NCBI GenBank assembly: GCA_951406725.2 | Contig: OX597826.1 | Coordinates: 18,662,001 to 18,726,000 of the forward strand | DNA length: 64,000 bases | Reading direction: 5' to 3' | Source of the DNA: Octopus vulgaris | Taxonomy: Eukaryota | Shown here: piece after piece, positions 39,011 to 51,354 of the stretch | Position numbering within the stretch: position 1 is the first letter of the stretch | Layout: each line of letters opens with the position of its first letter | Translations under genes and position numbers: made by a program | Notes under the pieces: generated by a model | Told to the model about the DNA's origin: nothing | What the model saw: only the letters and a program-made list of their open reading frames with translations | Database searches by the model: none

Positions 39011-39923
39011 CGTGAGGTGGTATCAAAACGTTCCCGGACTAGTTATGTTCAATAAAAAATAACTTATGTTTTAACATCATCTCATTTGAAATAGTCACCT
39101 CGTAGAGCAATACACCTGTCCCAGCATTCTTGCTACTTTTGGAATCTAGCCTGGAAGTCATTTCCTGTAAGCAAGTCAAGGACGTTCTGCAATTCACATT
39201 GGATTTTGGACAACAGGGTTAAAACAGCAACCTTTGACTGCATTTTCATCATGGAGAAGAAATGGTAATCCACAGGTGCTAAGTTTGGTGAATACGGTGG
39301 GTGTGAAAGCAATACCATGTTGTTTTTGGTGAGAAACTCAGGAATGAGAGGAGCTCAGTGACAAGGTGCATTGTTGTTGTGAAGAATCCAATTTTTTCTG
39401 ATCCACAGATCTGGTCACTTTTGCCAAATGTCTTCTATTAAATGCTTCAAAACATCATTGATTCTCTTTAGACAATCCTCGTGCACAAGCTGATGAATTT
39501 TTTACACATTTTGTTGGGTGATGCTTGTGGCAGGTCTTGCACATTGTTCATCATCTTCCAGGGACGTTCTTCCACTTTTGAAGTTCCCATGCCACTCGAA
39601 ACATTGTGTGTGACCCATTGCCTCACAGCCATAAGCTTGCCAAAGCATGCTCAATGTCTTTGTAGCAGACTTTCCAAGTTTAACGCAAAATTTCACATTG
39701 GCTCATTGTTCCAACTTCCTACGCATGACAAAAATCACAGGCTACAGCATCCACATGTGATCACAGAAACACAAATTTCACAACTTGCAAAGTAAGCTCA
39801 GTGATGTCTCTTGGCACACTGCCTCATGAAGGTCCCTGTTAGCTCTCACTGCACATGCAACCGTATGCTGCCATCAGTTTGTGCACTATAGAACTAGTCT
39901 GGGAACTCTTTGATACCACCTTG
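39011..39923 (-). mobile_element. Internally deleted mariner with TIRs
   Basis: TIRs AGGTGGTATCAAA..GTTCCC.GACTAGTT at both ends with TA; MKFCVKLGKSATKTL..FEWHGNFKSGRTSLEDD and HPPYSPNLAPVDYHFF. Confidence 0.92.
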
Positions 39924-40237
39924 TAGCATATTCGCATAATTTCACTGTACAGGGTTTTCAATCTTTGGTCTATGTTAGCTTTCACTTATTTCTGAAAATG
40001 TTCACCTGAAATGCAACAGAGAAAAACAGCTTGGTCAAGCAATTATGATCACATGACCTCCAATGAATTGTATGAAATGCTGACATTAATGACCTGCTAT
40101 GGAAATTGCAATGGAAGCACATGATGAGGAAATACAAAAAAAAAAAAAAGCTAGGAGAAGAACTGAAATCAAACATGAAAGCTTCAGTACCTATTCATGT
40201 TTTTTTTAAATATTTCCTTTTTCTCTCTTTTTTTCAG

Positions 40238-40282
40238 TCTATTGGTGTTTGCTAGTCTCACCCAATATTGCCAAACAGAATG
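40238..40282 (+). CDS. Candidate 45-nt symmetric exon (phase-1 frame YWCLLVSPNIAKQN)
   Basis: Long polypyrimidine acceptor (TTTCCTTTTTCTCTC...TTTTCAG) and donor ATG|GTAATT; two of three frames open. Confidence 0.4.
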
Positions 40283-41229
40283 GTAATTTAATTATCAATA
40301 AAATCTCAATTTGTCAGAATTAAAATAACTGCTTCATCTTGTCTGCCGAATGGATTGAGAAAATGTTATTTATTTTCTTTTTTTCTTCTTCTTTTATTAT
40401 ATTTTGATTTCTTAAAGTATAATTTTTTTTCTGAAAATTTTCCTTTAAAAGGAGTGAAAAAATAGAAAATTGAATTTTAGATTGTTTTGACAGATTGTGT
40501 AAGAATAATGAAGGCCTATTGTGTAAAGAAAAGTTAAGGTTATAATTGATTGAAAGAGCCTAGCATATGTTTGCTACTTATATTTAGTTGACATTTGAGG
40601 AATGAAAGATTAAGTAAATTCTCCCAGAATTATAAGCCACATTTAGATGCTGTCACTCTTGTTAATCTTTTCATGAAAACTCAAATCTGTGATCCAGTTT
40701 TAATTCCCAGTTGTATTTATTTTATTCCGTTTAGATAGCACAGATATCACATAATTGTTTCATTTTACCTATAAAACCTTCTCCATAAGGTATTTATATT
40801 GTTGTTGCTATTCCAACTTTTGTTGCTGTTGTTATTGTTGGCAATGATGGGGAATGTTACTGCTATTCATTAAAAGTGGATAAATTATTTTCACATTCAT
40901 TGTTGCAGTGATAGGCTGGTCCTCTCTGAACAACAAACCTGACTCATTAACAATGTCCTATTAATTATAGATTGAACAATACTTGTATAATTTTCAGTTT
41001 TCTTTCCCTGCTTCTGCCTCTTTTTGGTTTTCTTTTTTTTCCCCCTTTTTCTTGAGTTTTCTTCCATTTTCACTTTTCAACCCTACATAATTCATTGTTT
41101 TCAAAACCTTAGACTTCAAACTTGACCAATTATAATTCTTCTCTCAATAAAATCCTAGTGGTATTTCTTCCATTCTGAATTAAAATTCAACCAAGGTCAA
41201 CTTTACCCTCCATACTTCTGAGGTCCAGC

Positions 41230-42795
41230 TGTTACTACTACTGCTGCTACTATTGCTATTTTTATGATTCTCTCCAGTTTTTATGTTCTTCTAGGCTGTG
41301 TCATTTCTCAGTTGTTTCTACAGCTTAGATATACACTTTCCTCAACAAATATGTTGATACACTCTAGCCCATACCTCTTGCACATTTCCAGTCAAGTGTC
41401 CATCATTGATGAGACCAAGAAAGGTTGAAATCACATGATCTGGAGGTTTTGGTGCTGGAGTTGGCAGTGATTTATCTCCACTCTAGTGATATATACAAGT
41501 GTGCATTTTGCACCAAAAGCCGGTATGACAGTTTCTCTCGTGGTATCTACTGCAGTATAGTTTGTTCTAACAGAACATTTATATTTAAGTGGGGATAAAT
41601 ATTACATTTCCAAGTGTGTCCACTGAGTAATTTTGTCATAGCATTTTCTGTACTCCTTCTAGGCTAGTTTTAAATACCCACAAACTGCAAGTTTGACTGT
41701 TTCAGATGAGTTTCCACTCAAACTACAAAGAAATGTTTCTGCAGTCTTATCAGTACTGTACTTGATTACAATTGCTTGCAAAGCTTTTTTATGAGCAGCA
41801 ACGATCAAACCTGTCTCCTTTAAAAATCCATGTCTTAACCATCTCCTGGATTTTTGCTCTACTACATCTGACACTCATTGGATAAACTCTCCATGAATGA
41901 CTTTATTTCTAGTCACTGGTCTTTTCCCATAAGTCCTTTTTTAGTTCTCCTGGAGATACCCTTCACTATCACTAATCCCCTTTTTATTCACCACAGTCTA
42001 CAACATCCATTCATCACTCTGCCCAAGATAAGTATACAATGATTCATTTCACTTCCTCTCTCCTCTGTCCCAATCAATCTTTTCCGCTTTCCTTTCTTGA
42101 TAGATAAAACTTAGTCACATTACTTCTAGTATGAAGGCATCTGTGCATGACCATTAACTTGTTCATTCTTCTGTCCAGTCCACAACTCCCAGACTGTAGT
42201 GGACATGCTTACAGCCTAAGCATTGATGCCACTCATTCAGCTTGGATTAACACAGCTCCTTCACTCTTCCAATGTACTCTGATGGGATCATGTCCTTTGT
42301 TTTGGTGTTTGTCATCTCTCTACCTGTAAAAGCAAGGTGCTTGTATTCTTCTCTTTCCAATTCCCTTTCATATTTATCATCCAGAAGCTCTACTTTTCTT
42401 CCCCTCCTTATTTTTAGGACAGCACACTTACCTAGACCAAACAACATCTGAATATCTTGTAAGTAAATTCATATAAGCTGAAAAAGTGAGTCAAGATGAT
42501 CCCTGGTAGCTGTATAAATCTTTAGATTCTCCATGAACTGTAAGTTACAATTGGCCTCATGTTCTGTTACCATCTGTAACTAGCTCTAATCTTCTTCAAA
42601 ACGGACTTACTGGCAGCATAATACCAATATCGGGGTCGATAAATTATGTACCAGTTACGCACTGGGGTCGATGTAATTGACTTAATACCTATGTCTGTCC
42701 TTGTTTGTCCCCTCTGTGTTTAGCCCCTTGTGGGTAATAAAGAAATAGGTAACAGTAAAGGGTCTCCTAGAAAGATTCCTTTCCTGATGTTGACC
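41230..42795 (-). mobile_element. Decayed R4/Dong-like non-LTR retrotransposon (RT C-terminus plus zinc finger), interrupted by SINE B at about 42630-42750
   Basis: VNIRKGIFLGDP, FMENLKIY (FMDDLKLY-like), MLFGLGKCAVLKIRRG and WLRHGFLKETGLIVAA..ETVK. Confidence 0.7.
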
Positions 42796-42834
42796 CACCA
42801 CCACCATCATCATCATCATCATCAACATTGTTAA

Positions 42835-43040
42835 GGTGACGAACTGGAAGAATCATTAGCAAGCAGGCAAAATGCTTAGCATCATTTCATCCATCTTTAC
42901 AATTTGAATTCAGATTCAGCTGAGGTTGTCCTTACCTTTCATCCTTTAAGGGTCAATAAGATATGTATCAGTTGAGCATTGTGGTCAATATAACCAACTT
43001 AACCCTTCCCCTGAAACTGCAAGCCTTGTGCCACAATTTG
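42835..43040 (+). mobile_element. tRNA-derived SINE family B, degenerate
   Basis: GAACTGGAAGAATCATTAGC..CCTTTCATCCTTTAAGGGTCAATAAG. Confidence 0.7.
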
Positions 43041-43508
43041 AAATTATTATTATTATTGAGTGAGAGAGCAGTGCATGGCACTGAGGTACAAATATATGAA
43101 GCCCAGTATACCCAACATGACTACCCATCTGATAAGGGTACACCAGACACATGCATCACAACCATATGTGTGTGACATGGTGATCTCATATCAAGATAAA
43201 CAGCAAATGACCTTGCAGGTGGGGCCCAGTTAGAATTCTCTTCAGGTCAAGTAACCCATCCCATTCAAAAGGTCCCTGAATAAGGGTTGTTTAAGGATAT
43301 TGAACAAAACACCCGTGTTTCCAGCGGTGAAGTATCCAAACTCCAGAGAATTCCTCTCAACACGTGGCTATGATGCTCCCCCACTACTTCTGCTTGTGAT
43401 CAGAGATGTGCATATCGTCAGCCACTAAAGGACATGCTCAACTGGTTATGGCCAAGCAACTGTCAAGCAAATCTGTGGTATCGAGCAGAATATTTGCTGT
43501 AGCCCATC

Positions 43509-43571
<63 letters not shown>

Positions 43572-44506
43572 GATGGTGAGATGGCAGAATCATTAAAACA
43601 TCAGAAAAACGTTTTGTATTATTTGCTGAGGTTCACTCCATGTTTCATTCTGCTGGTGGTGGTGGTGGTAGCCATGGGGATAATGAAGCACAGTGCTGGT
43701 TAAATACTGCAGTTCATGGTATCAACTAGATTCCTCCCTGAAAATAAGTGGCCTTGTTATTATTTTTGTTATCAATTATTTGTCCTGGAAAGATCACAGT
43801 GATTTTTCATGTTACTTTTGTTGTTTGTTGTAACCATTCTCGTATCTTTATAATTGAGGTTTAATACCCAGAGCAAGTGTAAGTTAGAAGTTCAGTGAGT
43901 GTATTTCTTTTGTAGACATTTTAAAATCAATTAATTTTTAGACTGAGAATATATGTGTAAGAAGTAGATATATATATGTATATGTATGTATATTGAATCT
44001 CAGCTATTTTGCTGTATGGATATCATATATATATATATATTTGAGAATACTCATATCAATATATATATATATATATTTGCATATGTATAGAAACACACAC
44101 ACACACACACACATACATCCCCCCCCACACACACAGGTATGTATGTATGCACATGCTATGTGTGTGGCTCTGTGTTTGTTTACATCATTTGTTCACTTAT
44201 TTGAAAGTCATGATATTTGCAGTTTTCTGTTGGCAGTTGTCCTGTTCAGATATCATCCACTTTTCTTTGTGTCTCAAAAGCCAAATGTACTTAAAAAATC
44301 CATAACTTGAAAAACAGGTATGGGTTAGTGCCATGGAGGGTATCTGGCTGTAAAACAATGCTTCAATAATATATTCATTTAACCTATGCTAATATGGAAA
44401 ATGGGATGTAAAACAAACAAATTAATACGGTTCTATATCTAAGAGATGAGGAATTATTTACATTATTTACATTTGACGGATATTTGTCCTCATCTTGTTT
44501 GTTGTT

Positions 44507-44552
44507 AACACAACGTTTCGGCTGATATACCCTCCAGCCTTCATCAGATGTC
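44507..44552 (-). ncRNA. Minimal type-I hammerhead ribozyme with intact core
   Basis: GACAU-CUGAUGA-A-GGCUG(gagggUAUAU)CAGCC-GAAAC-GUU-GUGUU; palindromic AACGUU stem III (dimer type). Confidence 0.7.
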
Positions 44553-44564
44553 TTGGGGAAATTT

Positions 44565-45913
44565 CTTCTTCTTCTTCTTCTTCTTCTTCTTCTTCTTCTT
44601 CTTCTTCTTCTTCTTCTTCAACTGGGGTCTGGGAAGCCTGAAGGCTGCACCAGACCAGTCAGATCTGGCAGTGTTTCTACAGCTGGATGCCCTTCCTAAC
44701 GCCAACCACTCCGAGAGTGTAGTGGGTGATTTTATGTGCCACCGACACAGGTGCCAGACGAGGCTGGCGAACGGCCACGCTCGGATGGTGTTTTTTTATG
44801 TGCCACCGACACAGGTGCCAGACGAGGCTGGCGAACGGCCACGCTCGGATGGTGCTTTTTTATGTGCCACCGACACAGGTGCCAGACGAGGCTGGCGAAT
44901 GGCCATGATCGGATGGTGTTTGTTACGTGCCCACAGCACAGAGGCCAGTCGATGCGGTACTGGCTACGGCCACGTTCGGATGGTTTTCTTATGTGCCACC
45001 GGCACTGGTACCATAAAGATACAAATTCCATTGATGTTCATCGATTTTGATTTGGCTTGATTTTCACTTGCCTCAACAGGTCTTCACAAGTGTCCCAAGA
45101 AGGAAGGTATGCACAGGTGGACTGACTACATCCCAGGTAGGGGCCATGGGTTATGGCCTCATGTGTCCTGCCGGGTCTTCTCACACACAGCATACTTCCA
45201 AAGGTCTCGGTCTCTGGCCATTTCCTCAGTGAGACCTAAAGCGCGAAGGTCGTTCTTCACCACCTCGTCCCAGGCTTTCCTGGGTCTACCTCTTCCACAG
45301 GTTCCCTCAACCGCTAGGGTGTGGCACTTTTTCACACAACTATCTTCATCCATTCTTACTACGTGTCCATACCAGCGTAGACGCCTCTCTTGCACACCAC
45401 ATCTGATGCTTCAACTTTTCTCTCAAGGCACTTACACTCTGTCAGGTATGAACACTGACATTACACATCCAACGGAGCATGCTGGCTTCATTTCTTGCGA
45501 GCTTATCCTCAGCAGTCACGGCCCATGTTTCACTGCCATGTAGCATGGCTGTTCGCACACATGCGTCATACAGTCTGCCTTTTACTCTGAGTGAGAGGCC
45601 CTTTGTCACCAGCAGAGGTAAGAGCTCTCTGAACTTTGCCCAAGCTATTCTTACTCTAACAGTTGCACTTTCGGCACATCCACCCCCGCTACTGACTTGG
45701 TCACCTAGGTAACGGAAACTATCAACTATTTCAAGTTTTTCTCCCTGGAATGTGGTGGAAGATGGTCTCTGCGCATCTTCAATCTTTATTGAACCAGAGC
45801 ATCTGCCACATACAAAAACTATCTTCCTGGTTAGCCTTCCTTTGACATTGCTGCACCTCTTATGTGTCCATAGCTTACACTTGGTGCATCTTATAGAGTT
45901 CCTACCTACGCCT
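44565..45913 (-). mobile_element. 5'-truncated RTE-clade LINE (end of RT plus 3' UTR)
   Basis: GVGRNSIRCTKCKLWTHKRC, VDSFRYLG and MQERRLRWYGHVVRM..GRGRPRKAWDEVV; 3' UTR with 65-bp repeats ending in (GAA)n. Confidence 0.92.
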
Positions 45914-46022
45914 TAATAATAATAATAATAATAATAATAAAAATAATAATAATAATAATAGTAATAATAATAACATCGAAAACTACCTTAGGAATGAGAA
46001 CCCAGGTTCAAAATCTCCCCAA

Positions 46023-46068
46023 GACTCCTGATGAAGGCTGGAGGGTATATCAGCTGAAACTTTGTGTT
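46023..46068 (+). ncRNA. Minimal hammerhead motif, inverted partner of 44507-44552
   Basis: GACUC-CUGAUGA-A-GGCUG..CAGCU-GAAAC-UUU-GUGUU; stem III mutated. Confidence 0.6.
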
Positions 46069-46213
46069 AACAACAAACACGATGAGGACAAATATCTGTC
46101 AAATGTAAATAATGTAAATAATAAACAAATTAATATACAGACACCTCACACATATGCAGGTATGCATGTCTCTTTGTGTGCGCGTGTGTGTGTATAATAT
46201 ACATATAAATATA

Positions 46214-47739
46214 CACTGAACTGCAAAAGAAATGCAAGATGTGTGAGGCTGTGAAATATGTTTTAATTTCATTATGTCAGAGACAAATTTTGATAAATCT
46301 GATAAAGTCAAATTCTTGGATCCACTTTGACCACAGTCTATGGGTCATTGTCATGTATTCTGGTAGTGGGCAGATCCAGCACATTGAAATTGTAGGGCAT
46401 GACATGTTCGATACGGTTTATGCCCTCCCTGGGTGTTCAAAACAGCCATACACCATCGGTACATGGAGTACATGAGGTGGTTCATAAACACCATTGGCAC
46501 CTGTGCCCACACCCTGAGGAAAGCTGCCTCCAGTTCCACACGAGCTGTTGGCCTTGTGACCACCTGGTTCAGTCGTCTCTGGATTTCATCCCACAAGTGT
46601 TCAATTGGGTTCAAATCCAGGCTGAGAGCTGGCCATGGCATGGTTCTGATGTTGTGCTGATGCAGGAAGTCCATGGTGACTCTGGCTGTGTGGGAGGGAG
46701 CATTGTTCTGCTGGAACACATTGCTATAGTGACACACAAAGAAGGGCACGTTGTGAGGTCTTAGGATCTCGTCAACATAAAACTGTGCTGTAATGCCATT
46801 CCCTCATTTTGGGACACATGGGGCTCAGTTCTCTGATTCAGGCCTATAGCACCCCAAACCATAATGCTTTGGTCACCCCACACATCTCTCTCCAAGACAC
46901 ATGCATCTTTGTAGCGTTCACCCCTTATGCCATACCCTCACTCAGCCATCAAAGGTGGAAATGCAGTACTGGCTCCCATCAGAGAAGACTATCGACTTCC
47001 ATTGTTGATGCTGCCAATGTCACTGCTGTGTAGCCCAGTGTAGTCATGCCTGACAGTGGCAGGTGGTGAGGGTGAGGACAGGCCCTCAAACAGAACGATG
47101 GCAACACAGGTTGTTAGTGGCCGGTTGATGTCGTAGCATGTTGTTGCTGATAGGTCGCTGTCCAGTGTCAATGGTCTTGCAAGCTATCATGCTGGCTGGT
47201 CTGAAGCAATCACGGACGTGTTGCAGGTGCATGAAGCAGTCCTGCCTGGGCGTGGCCATCTGGGGGCAGCCTCTACGGGCATGGTCTGCAGTGTTGTTGA
47301 TGTTGTATTGTTGTTGCAGGTGATAGATGGTGCTGACGTAGACATTGTAAGCTTTCACAACAGCCAGGGCACACTGCCCTGCTTGCAATCGGCCAATAGC
47401 TTGTTCTCTCTGCCCTGCTGACAATTGGGTCATACCTCATGTGTCCAAATCATGAATGCCAGCAATGTGGTTCAAGTTGATTTTTATACTCATAACCTCC
47501 ACAAGAAGCATGTGCATTTATGTTTTCATGACAATTGTTTGTACCTGCCACCTACGGCATTCAGTGCAGCTGTGTTTTGGTGTCTCGTTTCAGGGAAAGT
47601 TGAAAGGTTTCCTGCAATTTGGGTCTCAGCCATAAACCAGCATGTCTTGGAATATTTACTTACATCCCCGAAATAAGTTTTCAGAATTTACCATATAAAA
47701 ATGACATTTGAAAAAATTGGGTTTCTTTGCAGATTAGTG
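46214..47739 (-). mobile_element. Near full-length Tc1 (DD34E) element, inactive
   Basis: TA-flanked imperfect TIRs CACTGAACTGCAAAAGAAA / TTTCTTTGCAGATTAGTG; MTQLSAGQREQAIGRLQAG.., FQQNNAPSHTAR and WPALSLDLNPIEHLWD. Confidence 0.92.
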
Positions 47740-47751
47740 TATTTGTGTGAA

Positions 47752-47826
<75 letters not shown>

Positions 47827-47828
47827 AT

Positions 47829-47862
<34 letters not shown>

Positions 47863-47927
47863 TACATACATATATATATATATACATATATATATAAATA
47901 TATATATACATATGTATATATATATAT

Positions 47928-47958
<31 letters not shown>

Positions 47959-48015
47959 CATACATACATACATATATATATATATACATACATACATACA
48001 TATATATATATATAC

Positions 48016-48062
<47 letters not shown>

Positions 48063-48116
48063 ATGCCAGATCATTAGCTCCTACACGCATTTTTTCTCTC
48101 CTTTTTTTTCTGTGTA

Positions 48117-48154
48117 TCTTTCTGTTGAAGAGTGTAGGCTCGAAATGTGAAAGA
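48117..48154 (+). ncRNA. Degenerate minimal hammerhead motif in a (TA)n-flanked element of about 190 bp (48060-48245)
   Basis: UCUUU-CUGuUGA-A-GAGU(GUAG)GCUC-GAAAu-GUg-AAAGA; 5-bp stem I and 4-bp stem II intact. Confidence 0.5.
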
Positions 48155-49299
48155 CTTTTTCTATTCCTGAGCGCTATACTAATACATTTGTTTGTTTGTA
48201 CTCCACCTGCCTTCGTCTTGTGTTTATTTTCGTAAACTTTCCCTTTATATATATATACATAGCAAATAAGTAACAAGGATTATGGCCATTTGAAGTGGTT
48301 CTATTTAATCGATCAATTCAAGCATTACATCAAATTGAAAGAACCCACTTTCCCCACTTTCCTTGGATGCATAAGACCATTTGGGTTTTTAACATACAGG
48401 ATACTCCATTATAATTTTTTAGTAAATTTTTCATCAGAACTAGAGAATAAAAGAATTACATGCTTATTGCTATTATTGTAGCAGAATGAACTTGGGGAGA
48501 AAATACCCAAAGCCTGCTATAATTTGGAGTGACAGAAGAGAATAACAATGGGGGTCAAGAAATGGTAATATAGCTACATTAATGGTTCTCTTTATCACAG
48601 CCAAAAGATCCAATGCAGTTAGTATTCTAAATCCACTTAGAATTTAAAAACCACTGGGAATTGACAGTTAAGTTCTTGCTGCTGGTAATAAATTAATTTA
48701 TGTCAGATATTCTTCCCTACCCCTATTTCAATGTGACTATAAAATTTGCCAAGACTACATAAAAGAACATGCTTCAGAAGATGCCAACAAGATAATGGTA
48801 CATATCCAGAAAGAGGAAGAACAGAGGTGACTTAAACTATATTATGATTATCAATCAAAAGGGGCTTAAAAATAGAAAACAGTGAGATCTAAGTGGGTAT
48901 TAAGGTACAGGGGAAAAATTGTATATCCAAATTTAGTAAAATTTATATATTATTATATTTTGTATATTAAATAATATAATTTAGAAAGGGGTTTAAGGAT
49001 CAAGTAAGGGCATTCTCCTCTCTCCTCCCACAGTCACCTGTAAGGATCCCAGCTATGGGTTAACAGACAAATCCTACAGTGGTTGGGGTGGGGGTGGGGG
49101 GAGAATGGTAGAATGCAGTCACTGTATTCCCTGCGAGGGATAAGAAGCAACTAAAAGGGATGGGAGCAAAGGGACTGGGAATCCATTCCTCCAAGTAATT
49201 CTGTTTCCTAAAAAGACAACAGATATGTATATGAATTTGTGTGGCAAGATTTCTCATTTGAAGCCATCTACTGAAACAGATATTGTTGTATTTTGGGAT

Positions 49300-49648
49300 T
49301 CTTTTATTCTTTGATTTGTTTCAGTCACCGCCTTTAGTCGAGCAAATCGACCCCAGGACTTATTCTTTGTAAGCCTAGTACTTATTTTATTAGTTTCTTT
49401 TGCTGAACTGCTAAGTTACAGGGATGTAAACACACCAGCATCGGTTGTCAAACAATGGTGCGGGGACAAACACATACACACAAACACATACACACTCATA
49501 CATACATAACTAAATCCACTCACAAGGCTTTATTCGACCCGAGGCTATAGTAGAAGACACTTGCCCAAGGTGTCATGCAGTAGGACTGAACCCAGAACCA
49601 TGTGGTCAGTAAGCAAGCTACTTACCACACAGCCATTTCTGTGCCTAC
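49300..49648 (-). mobile_element. CORE-type SINE family A
   Basis: Head GCTGTGTGGTAAGTAGCTTGC, CORE-like CCTTGGGCAAGTGTCTTC and family A tail. Confidence 0.85.
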
Positions 49649-49919
49649 CAAATAAACACACGCACTATATATTTGTTCTTCACTTGTTTATTACCATTCT
49701 TATTCTAACTCATGTCCATTGTCTGGAATAGGAACAGTTACAAACAAGGGAAGAATGAATATATAGTGCGTCTGTTTATTTTGCAAAAGAAAAAAAATGA
49801 TCATCTTGAAATACAACCACATATATATATATATATATATAAAAATGTGAATTCGCGTGTGTACCGTTGGCGATTTTTTTTCCTCTGTCTTCCCTTCTCT
49901 GGATCTTTCCTTCTCCTAT

Positions 49920-49954
49920 GTTTCCAATGAAGAGCTCCACTCGAAACGTTAAAT
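49920..49954 (+). ncRNA. Degenerate minimal hammerhead motif in a (TA)n-flanked element of about 200 bp (49840-50045)
   Basis: UUU-CcaAUGA-A-GAGC(UCC)aCUC-GAAAC-GUU-AAA. Confidence 0.45.
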
Positions 49955-50040
49955 CCTCCTTCTTTCCTGAGCATCCAATAATACTATATTTGTTCCACGT
50001 CCTCGCGTTGTTGTGTTTTTTTGTGCTTTCTTGTTTGGAT

Positions 50041-50174
<134 letters not shown>

Positions 50175-50175
50175 C

Positions 50176-50214
<39 letters not shown>

Positions 50215-50254
50215 GAGTGTGCTTCTTCTTTTGGATTTATGTTTTTTATAAATG

Positions 50255-50285
<31 letters not shown>

Positions 50286-50394
50286 GGAGAAAAAATGGGA
50301 TTAAAAAATCCTGGCAGATATCAATAAAGCACTCAGTATTAAAAGAGTTTGGTTGTAAATGTCCAACAATCAGATACCAGTAAATATAAGTAGA

Positions 50395-50442
<48 letters not shown>

Positions 50443-51319
50443 ACATGAGCATGTTTGTACCCCATTACCATTTGACAACCAGTGTTGGTGTGTTTATCTC
50501 CCTATAACATAGTGGTTGGGCAAAGGAGGCCAGTGGAATAAGTATCAGGCTTGAAAAAGCAAAAAGTTCTGCAGTCAATTTGTTTCATTAAAAAATTCTT
50601 CAAGGGAGTCTTATGACTGAAACAAATAATGGGAAACAATATATATGTGTGTGTGCATATAATAATATATGGAATTAACCCGCGTACAATATATATGTAT
50701 ATATATATATATCGTTTGTAAAAACATAAATCCAAAAGAAGAAGCACACTCTAAGATGTAGGGTAATATATATTAATATATGTATGTATATTTAGGACTG
50801 GCTTCTTTCAGTTTCTGTTTGCCAGATCCATGTACATTTCTCTGTACATGTGGTGCATGTATTGTGGTGGCATTGTGATAAACTGTGGTATAAAGTACCA
50901 GATGATATTAAGAAGAAATGAAACAGCAACAACATGGCCATCATCTGACACATCAGAATAAGACCAGCAGGAAGCACCACTATGAAGTAGCCAACGAGAA
51001 CACATCAATGTTTAGCGTTGGTGGCCAAATTTCCAACAGTAATCTCTCTGCCATCATCGAAATAGGACTATGTGTTTTAATTTATAAATCTTAGGACCAT
51101 GACCAAATCAATGCAATGATCACAGCTAGGAATGCTGATTGAATGATGCATTCAATCAGCTATCTCTGCACCATCAATTTGTTCTTGCAGACATGATCAG
51201 GGATAGCTATCAACTACAACAATGAATATCAACTCTCTCTGTCTGTCTGTCTGTCTCTCTCTCCCCCCTCTTCTCTCTCTTTCTCTTCATATTATGTGTT
51301 GGGGTGTATGTATGCGTGC

Positions 51320-51354
<35 letters not shown>

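Noticed and set aside
39925-40030. Minus-strand exon starting at 40005 after a strong acceptor
   Set aside because: No convincing donor before the mariner TIR and no supporting frame.
40736-40790. Next plus-strand coding exon after 40282
   Set aside because: Stops in all three frames.
47701-48276. [12 protein letters not shown] ORFs here and throughout the window
   Set aside because: Translations of (TA)n, (CA)n and (TATC)n microsatellites.
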